From: an uncultured Gammaproteobacteria bacterium | GTDB lineage: Bacteria > Pseudomonadota > Gammaproteobacteria > GCA-001735895 | DNA: 64,000 nucleotides | Reading direction: 5' to 3' | Assembly (NCBI GenBank): GCA_963793595.1 | Contig: CAWCBX010000101.1 | Span: forward strand, 243 to 64,242 | Shown here: one piece after another, positions 1-10,211 of the stretch | How positions within the stretch are numbered: position 1 is the stretch's first letter | How the letters are laid out: each line of letters begins with the position of its first letter | The notes under the pieces: generated by a model | The model's input: the letters and a program-made list of their open reading frames with translations, nothing else | What the model was told of the DNA's origin: nothing | Databases searched by the model: none | Program-made: the position numbers and the translations under genes

Positions 1-114
1 AACCAGGGGATCGGCACCCTGTGCAATTTGTCGCGCACGACGTGAAGCCAGTAGTACCAGGTCAAAGCGGTTTTCTACATGCTCGAGACAATCTTCTACG
101 GTAATTCGCGCCAT
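1..114 (-). CDS. rpoZ: RNA polymerase omega subunit, N-terminal part only (gene runs off the left edge)
   Basis: Not in the ORF track because there is no stop in the window. The minus-strand ATG at 114..112 reads [38 protein letters not shown], the conserved RpoZ N-terminus. It lies directly downstream of gmk, as in the conserved gmk-rpoZ pair. Confidence 0.85.
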   Translation of the reverse strand, partial: MARITVEDCLEHVENRFDLVLLASRRARQIAQGADPLV

Positions 115-193
115 GTAATTGGTTCCAGGATCAAAAAGGGGCGCAATGATAGCGAAAAAAGCTATAAATCTAAAGGCTTATCGCGAAAAAACC

Positions 194-820
194 TTATTTG
201 ATTTCGCCTGGTATCGAGTCCACCAGGGACTGATTTTTGAGCTTTTGCCGGGCCAGGGTCAGGCCCTGAGTATGGATGATCGCATCGAGATCGAACAACG
301 CCTGTTCGAAAGCATCGTTGATGACCAGGTATTCGGCGTCATGATAGTGCGACATTTCCCGATCGGCGTCACGCATGCGCCGACTAATCGTGCGCTCGTC
401 ATCGGTGCCGCGCAGGCGCAGGCGCTGTTCCAGTTCCTCGCGTGAAGGCGGCAGGATAAAAATGCTGACCGTTTCCGGTATCTTGGCTTTGACCTGGCGT
501 GCACCCTGCCAGTCGATTTCGAGGATCACGTGTTTGCCACTGGCCAGCAACGCGTCGACTGAAGCCCTTGCGGTACCATAAAAATTATCGAATACCTGCG
601 CATGCTCGAGAAACTCCTCGTTATCGACCATGCGCCTGAATTGTTCCAGGGTTACGAAATGATAGGCCTTGCCGTTGACTTCGCCCGGGCGTATCGCGCG
701 CGTCGAATGTGACACGCATACCGCAACCGTATCAGCGCGCTTCTCCAGCAGCGCTTTAACCAGGCTGGTTTTGCCGGCACCTGAAGGTGCCGAAATGGTA
801 AACAGGCAAGCAGTATTCAA
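194..820 (-). CDS. gmk: guanylate kinase
   Basis: 208 aa. P-loop SAPSGAGKTSL, and STRAIRPGEVNGKAYHFV and EIDWQGA motifs typical of Gmk. Confidence 0.95.
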   Translation of the reverse strand: MNTACLFTISAPSGAGKTSLVKALLEKRADTVAVCVSHSTRAIRPGEVNGKAYHFVTLEQFRRMVDNEEFLEHAQVFDNFYGTARASVDALLASGKHVILEIDWQGARQVKAKIPETVSIFILPPSREELEQRLRLRGTDDERTISRRMRDADREMSHYHDAEYLVINDAFEQALFDLDAIIHTQGLTLARQKLKNQSLVDSIPGEIK

Positions 821-925
821 TGAGGGTTCCGGGACGGGTCCGATTCAGTATCACGACATCCTATTGTAATGACAGATCAACTATAGACCAATACACTCTC
901 GGCACTAAACTTAAAAAATGACTAA

Positions 926-1729
926 ATGCTGAGCGAAGAATATCTGCAACGCTTCGGTGGCCTCGGCCGAGTGTTTGGCGTGGCCGCACTGGAACCCCTG
1001 CAGCGGGGGCAGTTTTGTATCGTGGGTGTTGGCGGCGTCGGTTCCTGGGCGGCGGAAGCCTGCGCCCGCTCGGGCATCGGCAATATTACGCTGATCGATC
1101 ACGATGACATTCATATCAGCAATACCAACCGCCAGCTGCACACCCTGGCAGATAGCATCGAGCGCTCCAAGGTCGAAGTACTGCGCGAACGTATTATCGC
1201 GATCAATCCCGAGTGCAACTGCACCGCGATCGATGACCTGGTCACGCGCGGCAATATCGAGAAATTCGATTTCGCGCAGTTCGACTATGTCATCGACGCC
1301 ATCGACCATGTCAGCCATAAACTCAGCCTGATGCACTATTGTCGGCGCAACAAGATCCGCTGCGTCTCGACCGGTGGTGCCGGCGGCCTCACCGACCCAA
1401 CCCAGATCATAGTCAAGGACCTGACCCTGAGCTTCAACGACCCGCTGCTCGCCAAGGTGCGTTCAACGCTGCGCCAACAGCTGGGTTACAGCCGCAACCC
1501 GAAACGTCGCTACGCGATGGATTGTGTATTTTCCAGCGAACAGCCGATCTACCCGGCGGAGAATGGCGAGGTCAGTTATGCAAAACCGGAAATGCCGGAG
1601 CGGACCACGCTGGATTGCGCAACCGGAATTGGCTCCTTCGTTGGCGTCACCGCCTGCTTCGGTTTTACCGCTGCGGCGCACGCGATCAAAAAGTATCTAC
1701 ACAAAAATTCCCAGGGATCACCCCCGTAA
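926..1729 (+). CDS. tcdA: tRNA threonylcarbamoyladenosine dehydratase (ThiF/MoeB-family E1-like)
   Basis: 267 aa. Rossmann motif VGVGGVGSWAAEACARSGIG and NTNRQ. Length and pattern match TcdA/CsdL. Confidence 0.8.
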   Translation: MLSEEYLQRFGGLGRVFGVAALEPLQRGQFCIVGVGGVGSWAAEACARSGIGNITLIDHDDIHISNTNRQLHTLADSIERSKVEVLRERIIAINPECNCTAIDDLVTRGNIEKFDFAQFDYVIDAIDHVSHKLSLMHYCRRNKIRCVSTGGAGGLTDPTQIIVKDLTLSFNDPLLAKVRSTLRQQLGYSRNPKRRYAMDCVFSSEQPIYPAENGEVSYAKPEMPERTTLDCATGIGSFVGVTACFGFTAAAHAIKKYLHKNSQGSPP

Positions 1730-1775
1730 AAACGAAAATCTGAAACTGCCCTAGTACGAGACCCCGATACGTCAA

Positions 1776-1975
1776 CCCAGCGTACGCTGGGGGGCCGCTT
1801 TCACATATTAACTGTCCGGAATGAAATGCCTCATATAGTAGGTAGCTACCTCGGGGGTAAGCCTGCAAAAGTGTAGCGAGGCAGGACGCCTCGCTCCAAG
1901 CGATCACAGGGATGTGCCAAACGGCGCTTTTTGCCGTTTGGGAGCGCCTTTTGCAGGCTTACCCCCGAGGTAGCC
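1776..1975. repeat. compound palindromic / inverted-repeat element in the tcdA-hutD convergent spacer
   Basis: A 16-nt perfect palindrome CCCAGCGTACGCTGGG lies at 1776-1791. A 26-bp perfect inverted repeat has arms GCTACCTCGGGGGTAAGCCTGCAAAA at 1845-1870 and its reverse complement at 1949-1974. The arms enclose two internal hairpins: a 7-bp stem at 1876-1894 and a 9-bp stem at 1917-1941. Confidence 0.6.
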
Positions 1976-2028
1976 TTAGGACGCCATTCAACCCGCGGTC
2001 AGTAGTGCGCTTGTGAGGGATGACGTCT

Positions 2029-2622
2029 TTAATGTTTGTCACCCAGGTATATAATCTGGATGACAATTAGCGCACTTCCACTGGCAGTCATTTTTTCGGC
2101 CGAGGGTTTATTGATCCGGCACAGGTGGTTACTTTCAATTGTTATCGATGACCACGATCGTGATTTTATACTAATGGTCCCGTCAACGGCATAGACCAAT
2201 AAGATATCTCCATCGACTGGAATTTCTGCATCAGTGGCATGATGCAGCGTGTGCACGCTAGCCGAACAAAAGTCACGCCTCGCCATGACATTGAAGTCTT
2301 TGATCGGACCGACATGTAAACTGGCCTCGGTTTCGACTTCCCCATCGAAACGGGCCGCCTGCAAGGGCTCTAGCAGTCGATCGCATTGGCCGTTACCATG
2401 CTTCAGGGTGATGCCCTCACCTTGCAGCAACAGCAGGGTCCTGTCATAACCGCTGAAATCAGAGAATCGACCATCACTGACGACATCGGCCATGCTCAGA
2501 CGCCAGGCGAAATCGGTTGATTGCGGTAGATATTCGGCCAGTAATTCTATCGTATGCCCGAGCCCGTTCCGCCAGGGCATCGAGCGGAAGCTGTCAGGCG
2601 GGTAGATCTGGTAGTCACTCAT
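2029..2622 (-). CDS. hutD: HutD-family protein (histidine utilisation accessory/governor protein)
   Basis: 197 aa. The motifs MPWRNGLGHTIEL, FAWRLSMADV, FSDFSGYDRTLLLLQGEG and GPIKDFNVM match the Pseudomonas HutD pattern. It is the last gene of the hutI-hutC-hutU-hutD string. Confidence 0.85.
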   Translation of the reverse strand: MSDYQIYPPDSFRSMPWRNGLGHTIELLAEYLPQSTDFAWRLSMADVVSDGRFSDFSGYDRTLLLLQGEGITLKHGNGQCDRLLEPLQAARFDGEVETEASLHVGPIKDFNVMARRDFCSASVHTLHHATDAEIPVDGDILLVYAVDGTISIKSRSWSSITIESNHLCRINKPSAEKMTASGSALIVIQIIYLGDKH

Positions 2623-2658
2623 CGAATAATTTTAGCGATTGATTTCGCTGCCCGGCAC

Positions 2659-2699
2659 CCGCGTTGGTAGTGGTTGCACCGCCACCACTACCAACGCGG
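2659..2699 (-). other. intercistronic stem-loop between hutU and hutD (16-bp perfect stem, 9-nt loop, no U-tract)
   Basis: CCGCGTTGGTAGTGGT at 2659-2674 pairs with ACCACTACCAACGCGG at 2684-2699. It lies 7 nt downstream of the hutU stop on the transcribed strand. Confidence 0.5.
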
Positions 2700-2705
2700 C
2701 TGGTT

Positions 2706-4379
2706 TCATAACTCGATTGCACCCAGGTTGAGCCCGTGTTCACGCGCGCATTCTTTTGCGCTCTCGTAACCGGCATCGGCGTGGCGCATAACACCGCTGG
2801 CGGGGTCGTTCCACAACACCCGCTTGATCCGTTGCGCCGCGGCAGCACTACCGTCACAGCAAATCACCAGCCCAGCATGTTGCGAATAGCCCATGCCCAC
2901 GCCACCACCATGGTGAAAGGAAACCCAGGTGGCGCCGCCAGAGGTGCTCAACAACAGGTTCAACAGGGCCCAGTCGGAGACCGCGTCCGAGCCATCCATC
3001 ATGGCCTCGGTTTCGCGGTTAGGGCTCGCCACCGATCCCGAATCGAGATGATCTCGCCCGATCACCACGGGAGCCTTCAATTCGCCCGAGGCAACCATTT
3101 CGTTGAACGCGAGTCCGAGCCGATCCCGATCACCGAGCCCGACCCAGCAGATACGCGCCGGCAAGCCCTGGAAGCTGATACGCTGCTGCGCCATATCGAG
3201 CCAGTTGTGCAGGTGGGGATCATCGGGAATCAGCTCCTTGACTTTGGCATCGGTCTTGTAAATATCTTCAGGATCGCCGGAAAGCGCTACCCAGCGAAAC
3301 GGGCCTATGCCCTTGCAAAACAGCGGACGGATATAGGCCGGTACGAAGCCTGGAAAATCAAATGCATTCTTGACTCCCTGGTCAAAGGCTTCCTGGCGAA
3401 TATTGTTACCATAGTCCACGGTGGGTATACCCTGGTCATGAAACGCCAGCATCGCCCGTACATGCACCGCCATCGACTTGCGCGCTTCGGCGGCGACCAG
3501 TTGCGGATCGGTGTTACGTCGAACCTCCCATTGTTCCATGCTCCAGCCGATCGGCAGGTAACCATTGACTGGATCATGCGCCGAGGTCTGATCGGTCACC
3601 AGGTCCGGTTTCGTCCCACGCTGCACCAGTTCCGGTAGAATCTCACCACCATTTCCGAGCAGGCCCACCGAAACCGCTTCACCCTTACTGCAGGCCTCAT
3701 CGATTAGCTGTAACGCGTGATCGAGTGAATCTGCCTTCTTGTCCAGGTATTTGGTACGCAGGCGAAAGTCGATACGGTCTTCGTCGCATTCGATGCAAAG
3801 TATGCTGAATCCCGCCATGGTCGCCGCGAGCGGTTGCGCCCCACCCATGCCGCCAAGGCCCGAAGTCAGAATCCACTTGCCACTGGTATCGCCATCGAAA
3901 TGCTGACGTCCGGCCTCGACGAAGGTTTCATAGGTTCCCTGGACAATGCCCTGGCTACCGATATAAATCCATGACCCCGCGGTCATCTGTCCATACATCA
4001 TCAGACCCTTGCGATCGAGCTCGTTGAAATGTTCCCAGTTGGACCAGTTCGGCACCAGGTTTGAATTGGCGATCAATACCCGCGGCGCGTCGACATGCGT
4101 CTTGAATACGCCCACCGGCTTACCCGACTGCACCAGCAGGCTTTCGTCGTCGTTCAATTCTTTCAGGCATTCGAGAATCTTGTCGTAACACTCCCAGTTG
4201 CGCGCCGCACGACCGATGCCACCATAGACGATGAGCTGCTCGGGTTTTTCAGCCACCTCAGGATCGAGGTTATTCTGAATCATTCGGTAGGGCGCCTCGG
4301 TAAGCCAGCTCTTGCAGGTCAATTCACTACCGCGCGGAGCGCGGATTTTACGGCTGTTGTCAGTACGGTCTAAAGGCAT
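2706..4379 (-). CDS. hutU: urocanate hydratase
   Basis: 557 aa. Full-length urocanase pattern, including [28 protein letters not shown] and [15 protein letters not shown]. Confidence 0.97.
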   Translation of the reverse strand: MPLDRTDNSRKIRAPRGSELTCKSWLTEAPYRMIQNNLDPEVAEKPEQLIVYGGIGRAARNWECYDKILECLKELNDDESLLVQSGKPVGVFKTHVDAPRVLIANSNLVPNWSNWEHFNELDRKGLMMYGQMTAGSWIYIGSQGIVQGTYETFVEAGRQHFDGDTSGKWILTSGLGGMGGAQPLAATMAGFSILCIECDEDRIDFRLRTKYLDKKADSLDHALQLIDEACSKGEAVSVGLLGNGGEILPELVQRGTKPDLVTDQTSAHDPVNGYLPIGWSMEQWEVRRNTDPQLVAAEARKSMAVHVRAMLAFHDQGIPTVDYGNNIRQEAFDQGVKNAFDFPGFVPAYIRPLFCKGIGPFRWVALSGDPEDIYKTDAKVKELIPDDPHLHNWLDMAQQRISFQGLPARICWVGLGDRDRLGLAFNEMVASGELKAPVVIGRDHLDSGSVASPNRETEAMMDGSDAVSDWALLNLLLSTSGGATWVSFHHGGGVGMGYSQHAGLVICCDGSAAAAQRIKRVLWNDPASGVMRHADAGYESAKECAREHGLNLGAIEL

Positions 4380-4403
4380 GGTCGGTTCCTCATTTAATCA
4401 CTG

Positions 4404-5165
4404 TTATCGCATTCGATATTCATTGGTGGCATAACGCGCGCCGAGATCATAGCGATTCCCGGGGTAGGTTAATGTCACATAAGTAATCACCTGGTCGTTT
4501 TTCCAGGTGCGCCGGATTAATTGCAGGCAGGGTTCGCCCGGATTCATCTGTAGTTGCTCGCAGGTATGCGCATCGGGCAGGCAGGCACGCACGATGTGTT
4601 CCATTTCATCGGGTTGGAACTGCTTCAATAAATAGGCCGTGGAAGTACCATGCGTGAAATCCTGCTTGATAAACTCGGGCATCGCCCGTGGATTGACATA
4701 ACGCATCTCAAACTGGATCGGGATGTCATCCTGCAGGTGCACAGCACAAAGGCTGTAAACCGGCGCGGCCGTGGCTATGCCCATTTGCTCGGCTACTTCG
4801 GCGTTTGCTTCGACCGTCTCCAGCGCCAGCACGCGCGACGCATGACGCTTGCCACGTTGCTCTATCTCCAGCGCGATATCCTGCAGCTCGATCAGGCTCG
4901 CATGGCGCGGGGTTTCGGCGACGAATGAGCCAAGACCATGTACCCGGTTGATCAGGCCTTGCTGGGTCAATTCTCGCAGGGCGCGGTTAATTGTCATTCG
5001 GCTTACTTTGAGTGTTGCTACCAGGTCATTTTCCGAGGGTAGCTTTTGTCCCGCGGTCCATTCACCAGCTGCAATTTTCTGCTGAATGGTTTTTATGATT
5101 TGCTGATAAATCGGCTCGGGTGCCGCCTTGTCAATAACGTCGAAGCCGCCAACTACCGCATTCAT
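4404..5165 (-). CDS. hutC: histidine utilisation repressor, GntR/HutC family
   Basis: 253 aa. N-terminal GntR wHTH (PSENDLVATLKVSRMTINRALRELTQQG) plus a UTRA-type C-terminal domain. Its ATG overlaps the hutI stop in an ATGA at 5162-5165. Confidence 0.9.
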   Translation of the reverse strand: MNAVVGGFDVIDKAAPEPIYQQIIKTIQQKIAAGEWTAGQKLPSENDLVATLKVSRMTINRALRELTQQGLINRVHGLGSFVAETPRHASLIELQDIALEIEQRGKRHASRVLALETVEANAEVAEQMGIATAAPVYSLCAVHLQDDIPIQFEMRYVNPRAMPEFIKQDFTHGTSTAYLLKQFQPDEMEHIVRACLPDAHTCEQLQMNPGEPCLQLIRRTWKNDQVITYVTLTYPGNRYDLGARYATNEYRMR

Positions 5166-6388
5166 TGTGATAACCCCGCCTGGCTGCGCCAGTTGCCGGC
5201 CTGCATCACCGCGGCACAGGGGTTGATGCCGATCTGATAACTCAGCATCGAGGGCTTAGCGACATTCCACAGCACGATATCAGCCTGCTTGCCTACTTCG
5301 ATCGATCCGATATCGGCTTGCAGTCCAAGCGCGCGTGCGGCGTTGATCGTCACGCCACGTAGCGCTTCTGCCGGGGTCAGGCGAAACAGCGTACAGGCCA
5401 TATTCATGACCAGCAATAGTGACGTTAGCGGCGAGCTACCGGGGTTGGCATCACTGGCCAGAGCCATCGGTACCTTGTGTTCACGCAATGCCGCTAGCGG
5501 CGGTAACTGCGTTTCGCGGAGTACGTAAAACGCGCCGGGTAGCAACACCGCCACGGTCTCATGCTGTGCCAGGCTGGCAACATCGGTTGCAGCCAGGTAC
5601 TCGAGGTGATCGACCGACAGGGCGCCACGGGTCGCCGCCATGACAGCACCACCGAGATTGCTCAACTGTTCGACATGCGCCTTGATCGGCAATCCCAACG
5701 CCTGCGCGCAAGCAAATACCTTCGCGCCCTGCTCGAGGTTGAAGGCAATCGATTCGATGAACACATCCACCGCATCGACCAGGCCCTCGGCATGTGCCCT
5801 GGGCAGCATTTCAGCGCATACCTGTTCGATATAGTCATCACTACGGCCGGCATATTCGGGTGGCAGCGCATGGGCACCGAGAAAAGTCTTCTGCACACGG
5901 ATCTGAAATTCTCTTTCCAGTTGGCGCGCCACGCGCAACATCTTGATTTCATTGTCGCTATCGAGACCATAGCCCGACTTGATTTCGACGGTAGTCACAC
6001 CCTCGGCGAGCAAGCTATTGAGCCGTGGCAGCGCCTGCGCGAACAACTCGGCTTCGCTGGCGGCACGGGTCGCATTCACGGTGGAGATGATGCCGCCACC
6101 GCGTTGCGCGATTTCCGCATAGCTCGCCCCTTCGAGGCGCATTTCAAATTCGTCGGCGCGATCACCGCCATAAACCAGGTGACTGTGGCAATCGATCAGG
6201 CCCGGCGTCAACAGCCGACCCGCGCAATCGATTACCTCGGCGTCGCTCACCCCGGGCTGGTCCTGCATCGCGCCCAGCCAGGCAATTTTACCGGCCTCCA
6301 CCAGCAATGCGCCATGCTCACGCAGACCGTAACCCGACTCGCTGTCGAGACAGGCAATGGTAGCGTTGATAAACAGGGTTCGAGGCAT
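5162..6388 (-). CDS. hutI: imidazolonepropionase
   Basis: 408 aa. Amidohydrolase metal motif IDCHSHLVYGG and overall HutI pattern. Confidence 0.95.
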   Translation of the reverse strand: MPRTLFINATIACLDSESGYGLREHGALLVEAGKIAWLGAMQDQPGVSDAEVIDCAGRLLTPGLIDCHSHLVYGGDRADEFEMRLEGASYAEIAQRGGGIISTVNATRAASEAELFAQALPRLNSLLAEGVTTVEIKSGYGLDSDNEIKMLRVARQLEREFQIRVQKTFLGAHALPPEYAGRSDDYIEQVCAEMLPRAHAEGLVDAVDVFIESIAFNLEQGAKVFACAQALGLPIKAHVEQLSNLGGAVMAATRGALSVDHLEYLAATDVASLAQHETVAVLLPGAFYVLRETQLPPLAALREHKVPMALASDANPGSSPLTSLLLVMNMACTLFRLTPAEALRGVTINAARALGLQADIGSIEVGKQADIVLWNVAKPSMLSYQIGINPCAAVMQAGNWRSQAGLSQ

Positions 6389-6414
6389 TAGACTGATCTG
6401 CGCGATTACGCGCT

Positions 6415-6434
6415 ATACTTGTATATACAAGTAT
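6415..6434. promoter_or_regulatory. HutC-type operator in the divergent hutI / hutF promoter region
   Basis: Perfect 20-bp palindrome ATACTTGTATATACAAGTAT. The core GTATATAC fits the GT-N-TA-N-AC motif of HutC-subfamily GntR regulators. It sits in the 95-bp spacer between the two hut transcription units. Confidence 0.75.
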
Positions 6435-6483
6435 GTTACGCTCTATTTCAGACAAACGCAAGGCGCGGCATCAGGGCCAAACT

Positions 6484-7860
6484 ATGACGACAACAATCTG
6501 GGCGGCAGCGGCCTTACTTTCCAATGGCTGGGCGGAGTCCGTCGCAATCGATATTGACGATTCGGGCAATATTGCGTCGATATCCAGTGATCAGCCCTAT
6601 GCGTCGGGTGACAGGGTCGAGATATTGATTCCCGCGATTCCGAACGTGCACTCCCACGCCCACCAGCGCGCCATGTCGGGGCTTGGCGAACGCGCCGGCG
6701 TCAGCGGTGATGCGGCTAAAGACAGTTTCTGGACCTGGCGCAAGATCATGTACCACTATCTCGAGCGCATCCAGCCCGAGCACCTGTTTCACATTTCGGC
6801 GCAGCTCTACCTGGAAATGCTCAAGGCCGGCTACAGCTGCGTCGGCGAATTTCAATACCTGCATCACGATCTCGATGGCGCGCCATACGCGAATCGCGCC
6901 GAAATGAGCCTGCAATGCATGCAGGCAGCGCAACAGGTTGGCCTTGGTTTTACCGCGTTACCGGTACTCTATCGTTATGGTGGTTTCGGCAGCGCCGATC
7001 CGATCGACGGGCAGAAGCGATTTCTCAATGACGCCGAGGGTTTTATCGACATTGTCACCAGCCTGCAGCAGGCGTCCGCGACGGATGCCAATATCTCGGT
7101 CGGCATCGCCCCGCACTCGCTACGCGCGATCAACGGCGAACTGCTGCGCGAAGTGGTCGGGGCGCTCGATAACCTCGCCGCGATCCATGTGCATATCGCC
7201 GAGCAGACCAAAGAAGTCGAGGACTGCCTCGCCTGGAGTCAGATGCGCCCGGTGGAGTGGTTGTTCGATCAGTTCGATGTCGACCCGAGCTGGTGCCTGA
7301 TTCACGCCACTCACATGAACGCCGCCGAAACCACGACGATGGCACAAAGTGGTTGCGTGGCAGGACTATGCCCGACCACCGAAGCGAATCTCGGTGACGG
7401 CTTTTTCGATGCGCTTGATTACTTCAACCAGGATGGTTGCTGGGCGATCGGTTCTGATAGTCATATTTCGATCAATCCGGTCGAAGAACTACGCTGGCTC
7501 GAATATGGCCAACGTCTGCTAACGCGCAAGCGCAATGTGCTGGTGTCGCCAGGGGCAGCCAACACCGGGCGTAACCTGCTCGATGGTGCACTCAAGGGAG
7601 GTGCCCGGGCATGTGGTCGTAATATCGGCAGCATTAGCACCGGGGCCCGTGCAGATTTCATCGTGCTCGACGACCAGCACCCGCGCCTGTATGGTCGTCA
7701 ACAGGATGATTTGCTCGATAGCTGGATATTCTCCGGCAATGAAAACCTGGTACGTGATGTTTATATTGGCGGTAACAAAATTATCGACCATGGCCGTCAC
7801 ACCGATGAAGAAACGATTCAACGCAATTACCGAACTACGCTCGATCAACTCGCAAACTAG
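6484..7860 (+). CDS. hutF: formimidoylglutamate deiminase
   Basis: The track ORF starts at 6433. The conserved N-terminus [16 protein letters not shown] and the operator position favour the ATG at 6484. Amidohydrolase HSH motif ([15 protein letters not shown]). Confidence 0.85.
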   Translation: MTTTIWAAAALLSNGWAESVAIDIDDSGNIASISSDQPYASGDRVEILIPAIPNVHSHAHQRAMSGLGERAGVSGDAAKDSFWTWRKIMYHYLERIQPEHLFHISAQLYLEMLKAGYSCVGEFQYLHHDLDGAPYANRAEMSLQCMQAAQQVGLGFTALPVLYRYGGFGSADPIDGQKRFLNDAEGFIDIVTSLQQASATDANISVGIAPHSLRAINGELLREVVGALDNLAAIHVHIAEQTKEVEDCLAWSQMRPVEWLFDQFDVDPSWCLIHATHMNAAETTTMAQSGCVAGLCPTTEANLGDGFFDALDYFNQDGCWAIGSDSHISINPVEELRWLEYGQRLLTRKRNVLVSPGAANTGRNLLDGALKGGARACGRNIGSISTGARADFIVLDDQHPRLYGRQQDDLLDSWIFSGNENLVRDVYIGGNKIIDHGRHTDEETIQRNYRTTLDQLAN

Positions 7861-7871
7861 AGGATACGAAA

Positions 7872-9419
7872 TTGGCCAATGATCTGTTGCTGGCGCCGGG
7901 CAAGGTAACCCTCGCCGATCTGTGTCGAATCTACCGTGAGGAGTTGAACCTGCGTATCGACGAGACCTGTAAGTCCCGTGTCGACGCCGCTGCCGAAGTC
8001 GTCGCCAGGGCCGCGCAGGGAGATGTCGGGGTCTACGGTATCAATACCGGCTTCGGCAAACTCGCCTCTACCCGTATCCCGGCAGAGCAGACTTCGCAAT
8101 TGCAGCGCAACCTGATCCTGTCGCACTGCTGCGGAGTTGGCGATCCCTTGCCAGCCAACGTGGTACGCCTGATTATCGTGTTGAAGATGCTGTCCTTGGG
8201 GCGTGGTGCGTCCGGGGTGCGTTGGGAGGTGATCCAGCGTTTGCAAAGCCTGCTGCAAATGGATCTGTTACCACTGATTCCGGCGCAGGGTTCGGTGGGT
8301 GCTTCCGGGGACCTGGCGCCACTTGCGCATCTGACCGCCGCGATGATCGGTGAAGGGCATGTCCATTTTCAGGGCCAGAAAATGACCGCTGCGGATGCAT
8401 TGCGGCTAGCGGAACTGGAGCCACTGGTACTCGGCCCCAAGGAAGGGCTAGGTATGATCAATGGTACCCAGGTATCGACCGCTCTTGCGCTCGCCGGCCT
8501 GTTCGATGCCTGGAGCCTGGCGCAAACCGCATTGATTTCCGGCGCTCTGACCACCGATACATTGATGGGGTCGACACGGCCATTTCGATCCGAAATTCAT
8601 GCATTGCGGGGCCTGCCGGGCCAGATCGACGCTGCATCTTGTCTGCGCAGACTGCTCGATGGCTCGGCAATTCGCGAATCTCATCGCGACGATGACGAAC
8701 GCGTGCAGGATCCTTACAGCTTACGCTGTCAGCCCCAGGTGATGGGTGCCTGTATGGACCAGTTCCGCCAGGTCGCGCAAATGCTGGAAATCGAAGCCAA
8801 TGCAGTCACCGACAATCCGATTGTCGTGATCGAAGACGGTTCGATCCTGTCGGGTGGCAACTTCCATGCTGAACCGGTCGCATTCGGCGCTGACCAGTGC
8901 GCGCTTGCCATATCCGAAATCGGATCAATCGCCGAGCGTCGCATTGCTACCATGGTCGACCCGGCGCAAAATTTTGGCTTGCCGGCATTTATGTCACCCG
9001 ATCCCGGCCTCAACTCGGGCTTCATGGTCGCCGAGGTCACCGCGGCCGCGTTGATGGCTGAAAACAAACAACGTGCCGCCCCCTGCTCTATCGACTCGAC
9101 GCCCACCAGCGCCAACCAGGAAGACCATGTATCGATGGCCTGCCACGCGGCGCGCCGACTGACCGAAATGAATCATAACCTTGCGCATATTGTTGCTATC
9201 GAACTATTGATTGGCACCCAGGGCGTTGAATTCCGGGCGCCGGTAGAAACCAGCAAACACCTGCGACAGGTGATGCAAATGGTTCGCGATCATGTGGCGC
9301 CGCTTGGCGGTGATCGCTATCTCGCGGACGACATCGCGACAGTGAAGCATCTGGTTATGGAACGCAGCATTATCGACGCGCTTGATGAAACCGCTTTACT
9401 GCCACAGCTTAAACCATGA
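7872..9419 (+). CDS. hutH: histidine ammonia-lyase
   Basis: 515 aa. MIO-forming ASG triad within [15 protein letters not shown], and full-length HAL pattern. Confidence 0.97.
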   Translation: MANDLLLAPGKVTLADLCRIYREELNLRIDETCKSRVDAAAEVVARAAQGDVGVYGINTGFGKLASTRIPAEQTSQLQRNLILSHCCGVGDPLPANVVRLIIVLKMLSLGRGASGVRWEVIQRLQSLLQMDLLPLIPAQGSVGASGDLAPLAHLTAAMIGEGHVHFQGQKMTAADALRLAELEPLVLGPKEGLGMINGTQVSTALALAGLFDAWSLAQTALISGALTTDTLMGSTRPFRSEIHALRGLPGQIDAASCLRRLLDGSAIRESHRDDDERVQDPYSLRCQPQVMGACMDQFRQVAQMLEIEANAVTDNPIVVIEDGSILSGGNFHAEPVAFGADQCALAISEIGSIAERRIATMVDPAQNFGLPAFMSPDPGLNSGFMVAEVTAAALMAENKQRAAPCSIDSTPTSANQEDHVSMACHAARRLTEMNHNLAHIVAIELLIGTQGVEFRAPVETSKHLRQVMQMVRDHVAPLGGDRYLADDIATVKHLVMERSIIDALDETALLPQLKP

Positions 9420-10198
9420 TACCTGCCGTCGAGACGGGTAGTAGCCCGATACTGCTCGCCCAACCACATGGCGGCACCGAGATTCCGCAATCGATACTGG
9501 CCCGCCTCAATCAGCACGGTCATGCGCGAGCTGACACGGACTGGCATATCAACCGTCTCTACGCAGGCCTGGCTAATAATGTCACCATCGTCAGCACACC
9601 AGTGCATCGCTATGTCATCGACGCCAACCGCGACCCTGCCGATCAATCCTTGTACCCGGGGCAAAACACGACCAGCCTGTGCCCGACCACGACCTTCGAT
9701 GGTGACGAAATTTATCTCCATGGGCAGGCGCCCTCGGTCGATGAAATCAACCAACGTCAGCAGCTTTATCATCAGCCTTACCACGATGCGCTGCGCGAGC
9801 AACTCGAACGTATTCATCAGTTACACGGATATGCGATTCTCTACGATTGTCATTCGATTCGTTCATTCGTGCCCTATTTATTCGAAGGCAAACTCCCCGA
9901 TTTCAATATCGGTACGAATAGCGGGAGGAGTTGTGACCCGGCAATCGAATCTGCGGTACAGGGTGTCTGCGCTGCGGCCGCAGACTATAGCGCGGTAAGC
10001 AATGGTCGTTTCAAGGGAGGTTGGACCACAAGACATTATGGTGAGCCCGGGCGCGGATTTCATGCCATCCAGATGGAGCTGGCGCAATGTAATTACATGC
10101 TTGAGCAGGACCCGTGGAACTATGCCGACGACAAGGCTGGTAAACTTCGTGTTATTCTTGCCGAAATTCTGCAAACCCTGTCTACCGTCCTGGACTAA
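9416..10198 (+). CDS. hutG: N-formylglutamate amidohydrolase
   Basis: 260 aa. FGase family pattern ([29 protein letters not shown]). Its start overlaps the hutH stop by 4 nt. Confidence 0.88.
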   Translation: MIPAVETGSSPILLAQPHGGTEIPQSILARLNQHGHARADTDWHINRLYAGLANNVTIVSTPVHRYVIDANRDPADQSLYPGQNTTSLCPTTTFDGDEIYLHGQAPSVDEINQRQQLYHQPYHDALREQLERIHQLHGYAILYDCHSIRSFVPYLFEGKLPDFNIGTNSGRSCDPAIESAVQGVCAAAADYSAVSNGRFKGGWTTRHYGEPGRGFHAIQMELAQCNYMLEQDPWNYADDKAGKLRVILAEILQTLSTVLD

Positions 10199-10211
10199 AC
10201 CTATAACATAA

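Noticed and set aside
1686-1907. 73-aa minus-strand ORF, and the ORFs at 1339..1743 and 1524..1754 around the tcdA 3' end.
   Set aside because: They overlap tcdA or the palindromic element. Their sequences are not protein-like and no family signature is present.
2736-3638. Long antisense ORFs inside hutU (2736..3638, 300 aa). The same kind of ORF occurs inside hutI (5561..6391, 276 aa), recC, polA, the kinase gene (27355..28017), the LTA-synthase-family gene (21970..22632), and elsewhere.
   Set aside because: These are shadow ORFs typical of GC-rich coding DNA. Their products are Arg/Ala/Pro-rich and low-complexity with no recognisable motifs. Each lies fully within a gene whose opposite-strand product is a confidently identified full-length protein.
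6661-6668. E. coli-type Chi octamers (GCTGGTGG): CCACCAGC near 6661, 6298 and 9107, and GCTGGTGG near 23987. Considered in view of the recBCD operon.
   Set aside because: Chi sequences are species-specific and the handful of hits cannot be evaluated for orientation bias without the whole replicon. There is no basis for a claim.
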